In this document: positions 10,361-18,079 of the stretch, in pieces
Numbering within the stretch: the stretch's first letter is position 1
How the letters are laid out: each line of letters opens with the position of its first letter
From: an uncultured Clostridia bacterium
GTDB taxonomy: Bacteria; Bacillota; Clostridia; RUG12999
Reading direction: 5' to 3'
DNA: 64,000 bases
Assembly (NCBI GenBank): GCA_934792465.1
Contig: CAKVOK010000002.1
Location: forward strand, 23,109 to 87,108
Program-made: the position numbers and the translations under genes
Notes under the pieces: model-generated
What the model was told of the DNA's origin: nothing
Databases searched by the model: none
What the model saw: only the letters and a program-made list of their open reading frames with translations

Positions 10361-11443
10361 GTGGTGTGTTTGGATGTCCTTAATTTTGTGACGGTAACGC
10401 TGTATGGCTGCATTATCATGATACTGTTCATGAATGAAACTGAAAACAAATTGCATATTTGCGGATTGTTTGCGATTTGCCTGCTCGGCGGAATTTTAAA
10501 CCTTGTTTTGCGGCAAAAATTCAGCAACGGTATATTGTACATGACTTATCCGCTGACGGTGCATTTGCCGTTGCTGCTGTACTTTATATTTGTAATGAAA
10601 AACTCGGTGTACGGGGCGATATTTGCGCTTACGGCGGCATATATGCTGACCACGCCGAGAAAGTGGCTGTGTATATTGGTAACACATCTGCTCGGCGGCG
10701 GAGCTTTGGCGGAAGCGGCGGCAGAAATAGGCGTATCGGTTGTACTTTTGCTGCTGATTGCGAAATTCATGTCGAAAATCGTAAGAAAAATATTTGCCGG
10801 AGGGCCGAAAGAAGCAAAATATCTTTGCATACTGCCGGCGGCGGTTTATGTGATTACATATGCTACGACGGTATACAGTGATTTTTTAATGAGCCGGCCG
10901 AATATAACAATACCTGTGCTGACAACGGCATTGTCCGTGTTTTTTATAGGCTTTGAGATATACTTTTTCGATTACGCATTTGAAAGGGTAAATATACGCC
11001 ACAGCAAACAGCTTGCGGATTTGCAGCTGCGTTCCGTTGAAAGACTTGCGGAATGTATAGGCGGCGGAGAAACGTATTTTTGTGAGAATAAAACGGTAAA
11101 CGGATTTTTGTCGATGTACAAATCTGCTGCTGCCGCAAAAAATATATTCTTTGTCTGCAACTGCAATTTGCCGGAAAATATCAATACGTTTGATGTACTT
11201 GTCATTATTGCAAGTGTACTTGATGATGCACTGAATACGGCAAAGCAGTATATTCGGTTTGAAGCCGTGCGGAACAAAAACCAGATAAGCATTAAAGCGG
11301 AAACGGACGGAAAAGGAATTTATGACAATGCCATGCTGGCAACGCTGGATTCCTCCGTAAAGAAAAACAACGGTATGATTTATACCGACAAAGAAAATTA
11401 TAAAATACAAATATCAATTAAAAAAGGAGAAGATTTAAAATGA
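10361..11443 (+). CDS. Orphan membrane sensor histidine kinase-like protein (AgrC/LytS-type GHKL ATPase domain, HPK10-like)
   Basis: It has 5-6 predicted TM helices. A candidate H-box lies at NIRHSKQLADLQLR. The C-terminal GHKL-like segment is VLDDALNTAKQYIRF...ISIKAETDGKGIYDNAM...GMIYTDKENYKIQISI. The start is uncertain: GTG 10361 or ATG 10418. No response regulator is adjacent. Confidence 0.45.
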   Translation: MVCLDVLNFVTVTLYGCIIMILFMNETENKLHICGLFAICLLGGILNLVLRQKFSNGILYMTYPLTVHLPLLLYFIFVMKNSVYGAIFALTAAYMLTTPRKWLCILVTHLLGGGALAEAAAEIGVSVVLLLLIAKFMSKIVRKIFAGGPKEAKYLCILPAAVYVITYATTVYSDFLMSRPNITIPVLTTALSVFFIGFEIYFFDYAFERVNIRHSKQLADLQLRSVERLAECIGGGETYFCENKTVNGFLSMYKSAAAAKNIFFVCNCNLPENINTFDVLVIIASVLDDALNTAKQYIRFEAVRNKNQISIKAETDGKGIYDNAMLATLDSSVKKNNGMIYTDKENYKIQISIKKGEDLK

Positions 11444-12264
11444 AATCAATTAAAAGAACAGGTGCGGCATTGCTTGCATTATCAATGTGCATGAGCGGAA
11501 GCGTATTTGCTAAGGGAAAGATTTTTGTGGATATGGAAGAGGTAAAGAGCGATACACCTCCGCAGGTTATTAACGACAGAACAATGGTTCCTGTTCGTGC
11601 AATATCCGAAATGCTCGGCTATGATGTAAAATGGATTGAGGAAAAAGAACAGGTTGAGGTTTATGAAAAAGACCTTGCAACGCCGGTTATTACTATGAAT
11701 ATAGATAATACAAAAGCAACATACCTGGCATATGATGAGGAGAAAAAGGATTATGTAAGCGTAGACGCTGTTTTGGATTCTCCGGCAACACTTATAAACG
11801 ACAGGACTTTTGTACCGCTTCGCTTTATTTCGGAGGCTGTTGGCTACACTGTTGATTATGATGAAGCAAATGAGGACGTTTATATGTATTCCCCGGAATA
11901 TAATGCCGCAGATGAAGCCCTTACCGATGAAGAATTGAAATATGTTTCCGAACAGACAACAGAAGATTGGGTGGCTATGTCGGACGATGAAAAAATCGAA
12001 CTTGTTCAGCTGATTGCGGATTGGTGGAATGAGAACGGTGATACGGTTGAAGATGAGGACGCAGCTATAGTTAAAGCGATTGACGAAAAAATGCAGGGAT
12101 ATAAAAAAGACAACAAAGACGAATATGTTTTTGACGCTGCTTGCGAACTCTACAAAATAGACGCAACAAAATACGTTAAAGAAGATTCGGCAGAACAAAC
12201 AACGGAAGAAACAACAGATGAAGCTGCGGATAAAACTACAGAAGAGACAGAGGCGGAGAAATGA
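11440..12264 (+). CDS. Secreted protein with two copper amine oxidase N-terminal-like (stalk) domains and an acidic C-terminal tail
   Basis: It has a signal peptide (ALLALSMCMSGSVFA). Two repeats match the copper amine oxidase N-terminal domain pattern: INDRTMVPVRAISEMLGYDVKWIE and INDRTFVPLRFISEAVGYTVDYDE. The C-terminus is D/E-rich. Confidence 0.6.
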   Translation: MKSIKRTGAALLALSMCMSGSVFAKGKIFVDMEEVKSDTPPQVINDRTMVPVRAISEMLGYDVKWIEEKEQVEVYEKDLATPVITMNIDNTKATYLAYDEEKKDYVSVDAVLDSPATLINDRTFVPLRFISEAVGYTVDYDEANEDVYMYSPEYNAADEALTDEELKYVSEQTTEDWVAMSDDEKIELVQLIADWWNENGDTVEDEDAAIVKAIDEKMQGYKKDNKDEYVFDAACELYKIDATKYVKEDSAEQTTEETTDEAADKTTEETEAEK

Positions 12265-14618
12265 GAAAATTTTTAGCGTGTATTCTTACGGTTGCTATGT
12301 TGGCGGCTTGCGGCGTGAATACGGTTTTTGCCGCATTTACGATTGAGAAAGACGCTCAGACCGCAATGGAAAAAAATCAGTCCGAAGTGTTGGCAGCAGT
12401 CGAAAATGCAGAAATTACAAACGATTTTACACAAGATGACCTTGAAAGTATCATAGTTCATGCGTGCAAGTATTCCGTTGACAAAAGCTACGGTGCTTCA
12501 CTTGAAGTGGTTAATTTCAGCCTTACGCCGGCAACCGATTCAAAAGCCGGTTCGGTTAAGGCAAATGTAGTTCTCTCGCAGGAGGACGGCGAAGTGGTAT
12601 TTCTTGTGAAAAAAGATATTCCTAAGCTCTCCGGTGCTTCGGACAGCACCGACAAGGTTACCGTAGACGAAGTAAAAGCTACCGTAACCGCTGCGTTGGA
12701 AAAGCTGAAAATATCAAATACCACTGCGAAAGATGATATTCTCGAAGCGGCTGAATATGCTGCTCCGAGCGGTGTTTCGATTTCGGTAGATAAGTTTGAT
12801 TTGACAGTAGCTCAAAGCGGCGGCACGGGAACTCTTGAAGCAACGATAACCGTTAAGCTTGCGGACGGCGAAAGCGGAAGCTTTAAATACAGCAAAACGT
12901 TCTCAAACGGTACGGCGCAGGAGGAATCCAAGCTGAAAAAAGAGATTGCGGCGGCAAAAAGCGCAATCAGTGCCGCTATGTGGGATTTTGAAGTATCAAA
13001 CGATACGACAAAAGAAGAAATTCTGAAAATGGCAAATAACGCACTTCCGAGCGGCAGCACCGTTACGGTGTCACTGAACAGCTCCGATATTTCGATTACG
13101 AAAGCAAGTACAACGATTGAGGGAACGCTTTCCGCAACACTTACGCTCAATTGCGGCGGCATTGAAGAACGCCATTCGGTGGCAAAGACAATCCCGAAAG
13201 TAGTGAATGCAGAATCAACAAAGATTGATGCGGACAGAAGCGCTGTCAGCAAGGCTGTCAGTGCCATAACATATACGAATAAGACGACAAAAGAGGATAT
13301 GTTCGAGGCGGCGCAAAAAGCAGTGAAAAACGGTTCTAAGCTTGCTTGGAAAGGTGAAGTCAAGAAAGTGAAGGCTACTTTTGAGGCGGAGGGATTAATT
13401 ACCGGTGACCTTTCTATAACACTCGGCGGAGAAACGAGAGAACTGGGATTTCGTGAGAGAATTCCGAAGCTCACATCTAAGATGCCGAATAAAACAATTC
13501 CGGTTACTGAAGATGAATGGAAGGTTTTGCGCCTTACAAACAAGGAACGTGCGAAACAGGGGCTGTATTTGCTGACTATGGCGGGTCCGCTTCAGGATGC
13601 GTGCAATATTCGCGAGAAAGAAGCTCTGGAAAGCTTTTCTCATACCAGACCGGACGGAACAAAATTCAGTACGGCAATTTCGCAGTCGTTTAAGCACAAT
13701 ATTGTGGGCGAAAATCTTCATCACTGCACGCCGGGACACGAAAATCCGGAAAGAGCTGTGACGGACTGGATGAACAGCCCCGCACATAGAGAAAATATTC
13801 TCAGAGATAGCTTTGATTATATCGGTATCGGCATAAACGATACGAATGCGGTTCAGATTTTTGCAGGCGTGGAAAATCCGATAGAAACGGTAACTTCAAG
13901 TACAGGTTCTATGAGCTTTGAAGATGAAGAAGCCATGATAAAAGAATATCTTATTTGCCGTACAAGCGGCGGCACGGAAACATATATTCCGCTCGATACG
14001 GACTATATGACAAAGACGGACGGGGGATATACGCTTAAGATACGCAGTACAAACCCCATAGTCGTGACCGTGGGAACTTCGACAACAGAGGTTAAAGAAG
14101 AAAAGGTATCATTCAACGATGTAAAAGATAGTGACTACTTCGCAGTACCTGTTAAATGGGCGGTTGAAAAGGGTATAACCACAGGTACGTCAAATACGAC
14201 GTTCTCACCTGCCGAAACCTGCACACGTGCGCAGATTCTGACATTCCTCTGGAGAGCCGTAGGCTCGCCGAAATCAAGCAAGGCGAATCCGTTCGGAGAT
14301 GTTAAAGCAAGCGATTATTACTATGACGCGGCCGTATGGGCAAGCGAAAAAGGCATGGTATCGGGAAATACGTTTGCGGGCGACACTCCGTGCACACGTT
14401 CGTCAACCGTTGTTTATATGTGGAAAAACGCAGGTTCGCCGAAAATTGAAATTCCGAGCAAATTCAGCGATGTACCGCTTAGCTCCGAATATGCGCCGGC
14501 GGTTGCATGGGCATTGGCAAACAGCGTAACAAGCGGAACATCGGAAACGGAATTTTCACCGGATACGATATGCGACAGAGGTCAGATTGTGACGTTCTTA
14601 AACAGAGCGTTAAGTTAA
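12261..14618 (+). CDS. Cell-surface lipoprotein with repeated N-terminal beta domains, a CAP (SCP/PR-1, YkwD-like) domain and three C-terminal SLH repeats
   Basis: It has a lipobox (LAACG). The CAP domain motifs are W..L.LTN.ER...GL, HTRPDGT and WMNSPAHRENIL. Three SLH-like repeats follow: F-DV....W.A..KGITTGTS.T.FSP...TRAQI... Confidence 0.65.
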   Translation: MRKFLACILTVAMLAACGVNTVFAAFTIEKDAQTAMEKNQSEVLAAVENAEITNDFTQDDLESIIVHACKYSVDKSYGASLEVVNFSLTPATDSKAGSVKANVVLSQEDGEVVFLVKKDIPKLSGASDSTDKVTVDEVKATVTAALEKLKISNTTAKDDILEAAEYAAPSGVSISVDKFDLTVAQSGGTGTLEATITVKLADGESGSFKYSKTFSNGTAQEESKLKKEIAAAKSAISAAMWDFEVSNDTTKEEILKMANNALPSGSTVTVSLNSSDISITKASTTIEGTLSATLTLNCGGIEERHSVAKTIPKVVNAESTKIDADRSAVSKAVSAITYTNKTTKEDMFEAAQKAVKNGSKLAWKGEVKKVKATFEAEGLITGDLSITLGGETRELGFRERIPKLTSKMPNKTIPVTEDEWKVLRLTNKERAKQGLYLLTMAGPLQDACNIREKEALESFSHTRPDGTKFSTAISQSFKHNIVGENLHHCTPGHENPERAVTDWMNSPAHRENILRDSFDYIGIGINDTNAVQIFAGVENPIETVTSSTGSMSFEDEEAMIKEYLICRTSGGTETYIPLDTDYMTKTDGGYTLKIRSTNPIVVTVGTSTTEVKEEKVSFNDVKDSDYFAVPVKWAVEKGITTGTSNTTFSPAETCTRAQILTFLWRAVGSPKSSKANPFGDVKASDYYYDAAVWASEKGMVSGNTFAGDTPCTRSSTVVYMWKNAGSPKIEIPSKFSDVPLSSEYAPAVAWALANSVTSGTSETEFSPDTICDRGQIVTFLNRALS

Positions 14619-14639
14619 AATAAAAAAGGAGAAATTACG

Positions 14640-15869
14640 ATGTGTAAAAAAATATTAAGTGTATTTATTGCAATTTGTACATTGCTGACAATGACGGCAG
14701 GAACTGTTTTTGCCGATGAAACAACGGAGCTTAAAGCTGCAAGAAAGGCTCTTACATCAAGAGAAAAAGAAATAGTGGCATATAACGATATTACGCCGGA
14801 AGAATTTCTGATTAATGCCGCAAAGGTACTTCCGGAGGGCAGCACGGTTGAGCTTTCATTCAAAAACTCGGATGCTGATTTGCGTATTTACAGAGCAACA
14901 ACCGAAAAAGCAGGTTCGATATTCGCAAATATGGTTTTAACTTGCGGAGTTTATAAACAAAGTGAAATGGTAACCGTACCGATTCCGCAGCTTACGGACA
15001 CAGAAGCCGACAGCGACAGAGAAAAGATCGGAAAAGACAAAGAGATAATTGAAAATGCAATAAAATGGGTGTACGTTACAAACGACACGACGGCAGACGA
15101 TATCTTGAACGAATTGAGAAAGTCAATAAAGAACGGTTCGGAGATTGCTTGGGATACGGATTATAAAAAACAGGACGCAACAGAAAAATCTGCCGGCGGC
15201 AGACTTGACGGAACATTGATTCTTACTTTAAATAACAGAAAAGAAACAATTAAAGTGTTAAAAACAGTTCATTTCGAAGCACCTGCAAAAACAGATGATG
15301 AACAGAAGCCCGCAGAAGAACAGAAACCGGCGGAAGAACCAAAGCCTGCCGCAAACATTTCGTTCAAAGATGTAAAGGCAGATGATTATTATGCTGATTC
15401 CGTAAAATGGGCAGTTGAAAAAAACATAACAACGGGTACGTCAAATACAACGTTCTCGCCGGAAGATACATGCACACGTGCACAGATTATAACATTTCTC
15501 TGGAGAGCTGTCGGTTCGCCGAAAGCAAGTGCGGCAAATCCGTTCGGTGATGTTAAAACGAGCGATTATTATTATGACGCAGCCGTATGGGCGAGTGAAA
15601 AAGGAATGGTGTCGGGAAATGTGTTTGCCGGCGATACGCCTTGCACACGTGCGTCAACCGTAACATATCTTTGGAAGAACGCAGGTTCTCAGGGAATAAG
15701 ATATGATGGATGCTTTGACGATGTATCCGAAGATGCTGACTATGCGACAGCGGTAATGTGGGCATTTGAGGAAGGAATCACAAGCGGAACATCGGAAACG
15801 GAATTTTCGCCTGACGCTATATGCAACAGGGGTCAGATTGTGACATTCCTTAACAGAGCAATAGATTAA
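14640..15869 (+). CDS. SLH-domain cell-surface protein. It is a tandem paralog of the 12261-14618 gene and lacks the CAP domain.
   Basis: It has a signal peptide. Its N-terminal domain resembles the repeats of the upstream gene. The C-terminal three SLH repeats are about 85% identical at the nucleotide level to 14120-14610. Confidence 0.65.
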   Translation: MCKKILSVFIAICTLLTMTAGTVFADETTELKAARKALTSREKEIVAYNDITPEEFLINAAKVLPEGSTVELSFKNSDADLRIYRATTEKAGSIFANMVLTCGVYKQSEMVTVPIPQLTDTEADSDREKIGKDKEIIENAIKWVYVTNDTTADDILNELRKSIKNGSEIAWDTDYKKQDATEKSAGGRLDGTLILTLNNRKETIKVLKTVHFEAPAKTDDEQKPAEEQKPAEEPKPAANISFKDVKADDYYADSVKWAVEKNITTGTSNTTFSPEDTCTRAQIITFLWRAVGSPKASAANPFGDVKTSDYYYDAAVWASEKGMVSGNVFAGDTPCTRASTVTYLWKNAGSQGIRYDGCFDDVSEDADYATAVMWAFEEGITSGTSETEFSPDAICNRGQIVTFLNRAID

Positions 15870-15874
15870 TAGAT

Positions 15875-15912
15875 GAGGGTGTAGAAAAACGATTTCGTTT
15901 TGATGCACCCTC
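15875..15912 (+). terminator. Rho-independent terminator (GAGGGTG...AAAACGA-TT-TCGTTTT...CACCCTC) followed by TTTTGGGG
   Basis: The hairpin and T-tract lie immediately 3' of the 14640-15869 gene. The 3' arm is contiguous with the start of the MITE-like repeat. Confidence 0.6.
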
Positions 15913-16176
15913 TTTTGGGGCTTTAGAAAAATAGTGCAGAATGGACAAACTGAGCAAAAGCAAGGCTACGTCCTTGCTTTTGGTACCCGAAGGTGTACAT
16001 AAGTACATCGAGAGGCGAAGGTTGTTCATAGCATAAAGCAATATTTATTTTAGAAATTCGTTCTCGAACGAATTTCAACATCTGTTTTAATTCATTTGGT
16101 GCATTTGGGTGTTCTCTCTTATACTTTGTATCGGTATTTTCTTGCTTTATGCGGTCTGTGCATTTTTATAATGCCT
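15908..16176. repeat. Full-length copy (~270 bp) of the MITE-like interspersed repeat. It contains two perfect 11-bp hairpins: CAAAAGCAAGG-CTACGT-CCTTGCTTTTG and GAAATTCGTTC-TC-GAACGAATTTC.
   Basis: Both ends are shared with 7806-7863 and, in reverse complement, with 33830-33912. The internal palindromes are read directly. No ORF lies inside it. Confidence 0.65.
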
Positions 16177-16217
16177 CGTTTTACACTGTTTTCGGAATAA
16201 CGGTCTTATCCAAAAAG

Positions 16218-16260
16218 GACTACAAGAATTGACTACGCAGAAATATCAATACGCGGCGAT
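16218..16260 (+). promoter_or_regulatory. Conserved upstream cis-element (GACTAC-N7-GACTAC ... CGGCGAT), a candidate activator-binding site. It lies 60 bp upstream of the -35 box.
   Basis: It is near-identical to 26477-26519. Both the internal spacing (36 bp to CGGCGAT) and the distance to the -35 hexamer (60 bp) are identical in the two copies. Confidence 0.5.
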
Positions 16261-16277
16261 TATTCAAGAATGAATTA

Positions 16278-16306
16278 TTGCAAACCAAACGTTCATGAGT
16301 TATAAT
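16278..16306 (+). promoter_or_regulatory. Sigma-A-like promoter TTGCAA-17-TATAAT for the 16375 operon
   Basis: The hexamers and the 17-bp spacer are read directly, ~70 bp upstream of the start codon. Confidence 0.5.
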
Positions 16307-16374
16307 TGAGTTGTCATTAATGCAAGCCAACTCCGCATATGACAAAAAACTAAATTCATGAAAGGAATGGTTTT

Positions 16375-18060
16375 ATGGCAAAGAAAATATTGGCAATGTT
16401 ACTCGGCGCAATGCTTATGTGCAGCGGATTAGCGTCGGCGGAAGAAGTAATCACGGGCGACATCGTAATGGACGAGAGATTCAATTACGGCAGTGCAGCC
16501 GAAATGTACGAGGCTACGGGCGCAAGCCTCTGGGGCGACGGTTCGAGCGTAGACGTGGGCGTGGCAAACGGTGCGCTTATGTTCAAGTCGCTTTCTACGG
16601 GTACGGACGGAATCAAGCTTCCGGTTTCGACGGAAACGGAGAACGAGGGCAAACAAACGATTGAAATGAAAATTAAGCGTTCCGACGCAAATACTTTCTG
16701 GCAGATACAGTTCTTCGGAAAAGAAGCAAACGGAACGGAAAGATATTTCACAATGCTTGACCTCAACAAAAGCGGACTCGTCTGGAAAGACGCAAATATC
16801 GGTTGGGGCGGCGCTCAAACTCTTACGACAATAAAGGGTATGGAGCCGCAGACAACGCTTGGTGTGCTGAATACATATATGAAGATAAAATTGGTTATCG
16901 ATTGGAACACTGATAAGATTAAACTCTTCATCAACGATAACGAACAGGATATTGCACCTTTTGTATTTAACCAGGCGGCAAATGTTGTAAAGGTATCGAG
17001 AATAGACCTTTTGAAACAGTCCGCAAGTGCCGATAATACAGTAACAAGCATAGACAGAATCAGAGTGGTAAACGGCGAAATAAACAATTATACGCCGGAG
17101 TCCGCATACGAGTATAAAGAAGAATTCAGCTATACAAATGTCGAAGATGTATTTGAAAACGGTATCGGAAAAACATCTGCTGTGGATGCCAATATCCCGG
17201 AAAACGATCCGAGTACGCTGTATGTACTTGACGGCAAGGGCAGATTGCAGATAAAGCAAAGTACGGCAAACGGTGAAACCGCACAGACAAACGGTCTGTG
17301 GATACCGGTTTCCGCATCGCAAGCGGACGTAAAATACATTGAGATGAGAATCAAAAGAAGCGGCAAAGCCAAAGCATGGTATAATATGACGGCATACGGA
17401 GTAAATGCGAATGGAGCGAGAAGAGCCGTTACAATGCTTGAACACGTAAACAATAAAAACGGCTTGCAGTGGAAAGGCGAGCCCTGGAGCTGGACAGGCG
17501 GCGGAAACATAAAAACTCTGAAAGACGGCAGAACGGTTGATTCCATTGCACAGTGGACGGTTGTAAAGCTGAAAATCAACTTTGCAAATAAATCGGTAGA
17601 CGGACTCTGGATAGACGGAGAAAAACAGGACACATGCCCGAAATTCTTTACAAGCGATGTAGTAGCGCTTGAGGGAATTACATTCAGCAAACAGGTTTCG
17701 ACATCAAACAACGCATGGGTAGGTATTGATTATATCCGTGTTTGGGACGAGCAGTCTGAAGAAAACAAGCTTGACGTTGAGCTTATGGAGGACAGCGGAA
17801 CATATACGGTAAACGCAGTAATGAACGACCTCGGATATTTCAAATCGAATGTTGTCGTAGCATATTATGACGAGGCCGGCAAGATTATCGGAATAGACAC
17901 AACAAGTCTGGACAAAATGACAACGCTTGACAACGGCATGGTTGTAAAATCAGCTTCATTTACACCAAATCTTGCGAATATTAAAAAAGCAAAGGTAATG
18001 GCAGTTGATTCATTAACAAACTTTGCGCCGATGTGTAATAGTATGGAATTAACAAAATAA
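16375..18060 (+). CDS. Secreted protein with two tandem ConA/LamG-like beta-sandwich domains (KIKRS...FWQ...G..R.F..LD.NKSGL.WK motif) and a C-terminal beta domain
   Basis: It has a signal peptide (MLMCSGLASA). An internal duplication is visible: MKIKRSDANTFWQIQFFGKEANGTERYFTMLDLNKSGLVWK and MRIKRSGKAKAWYNMTAYGVNANGARRAVTMLEHVNNKNGLQWK. The same domain type occurs in the 20749 protein. Confidence 0.5.
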   Translation: MAKKILAMLLGAMLMCSGLASAEEVITGDIVMDERFNYGSAAEMYEATGASLWGDGSSVDVGVANGALMFKSLSTGTDGIKLPVSTETENEGKQTIEMKIKRSDANTFWQIQFFGKEANGTERYFTMLDLNKSGLVWKDANIGWGGAQTLTTIKGMEPQTTLGVLNTYMKIKLVIDWNTDKIKLFINDNEQDIAPFVFNQAANVVKVSRIDLLKQSASADNTVTSIDRIRVVNGEINNYTPESAYEYKEEFSYTNVEDVFENGIGKTSAVDANIPENDPSTLYVLDGKGRLQIKQSTANGETAQTNGLWIPVSASQADVKYIEMRIKRSGKAKAWYNMTAYGVNANGARRAVTMLEHVNNKNGLQWKGEPWSWTGGGNIKTLKDGRTVDSIAQWTVVKLKINFANKSVDGLWIDGEKQDTCPKFFTSDVVALEGITFSKQVSTSNNAWVGIDYIRVWDEQSEENKLDVELMEDSGTYTVNAVMNDLGYFKSNVVVAYYDEAGKIIGIDTTSLDKMTTLDNGMVVKSASFTPNLANIKKAKVMAVDSLTNFAPMCNSMELTK

Positions 18061-18079
18061 GCTATTCAAGGAGAAAAAG

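Noticed and set aside
9649-10542. 297-aa minus-strand ORF
   Set aside because: It overlaps the DUF2207 and sensor-kinase-like genes on the + strand. The sequence is low-complexity and homopolymer-biased with no RBS. It is a shadow ORF.
10459-10881. 140-aa + strand ORF in an alternative frame
   Set aside because: It overlaps the membrane-kinase ORF in another frame. It is Arg/Gly-rich and likely spurious.
15880-16374. Possible tRNA or small RNA gene in the 500-bp intergenic region
   Set aside because: No tRNA cloverleaf features are visible (no GTTCGAATCC-like T-arm). The structure is better explained as a MITE-like repeat with internal palindromes. An expressed sRNA cannot be excluded without transcript data.
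16429-17445. 338-aa minus-strand ORF
   Set aside because: It lies entirely within the + strand LamG-like gene. The protein is Cys/Arg-rich and nonsense-like. It is a shadow ORF.
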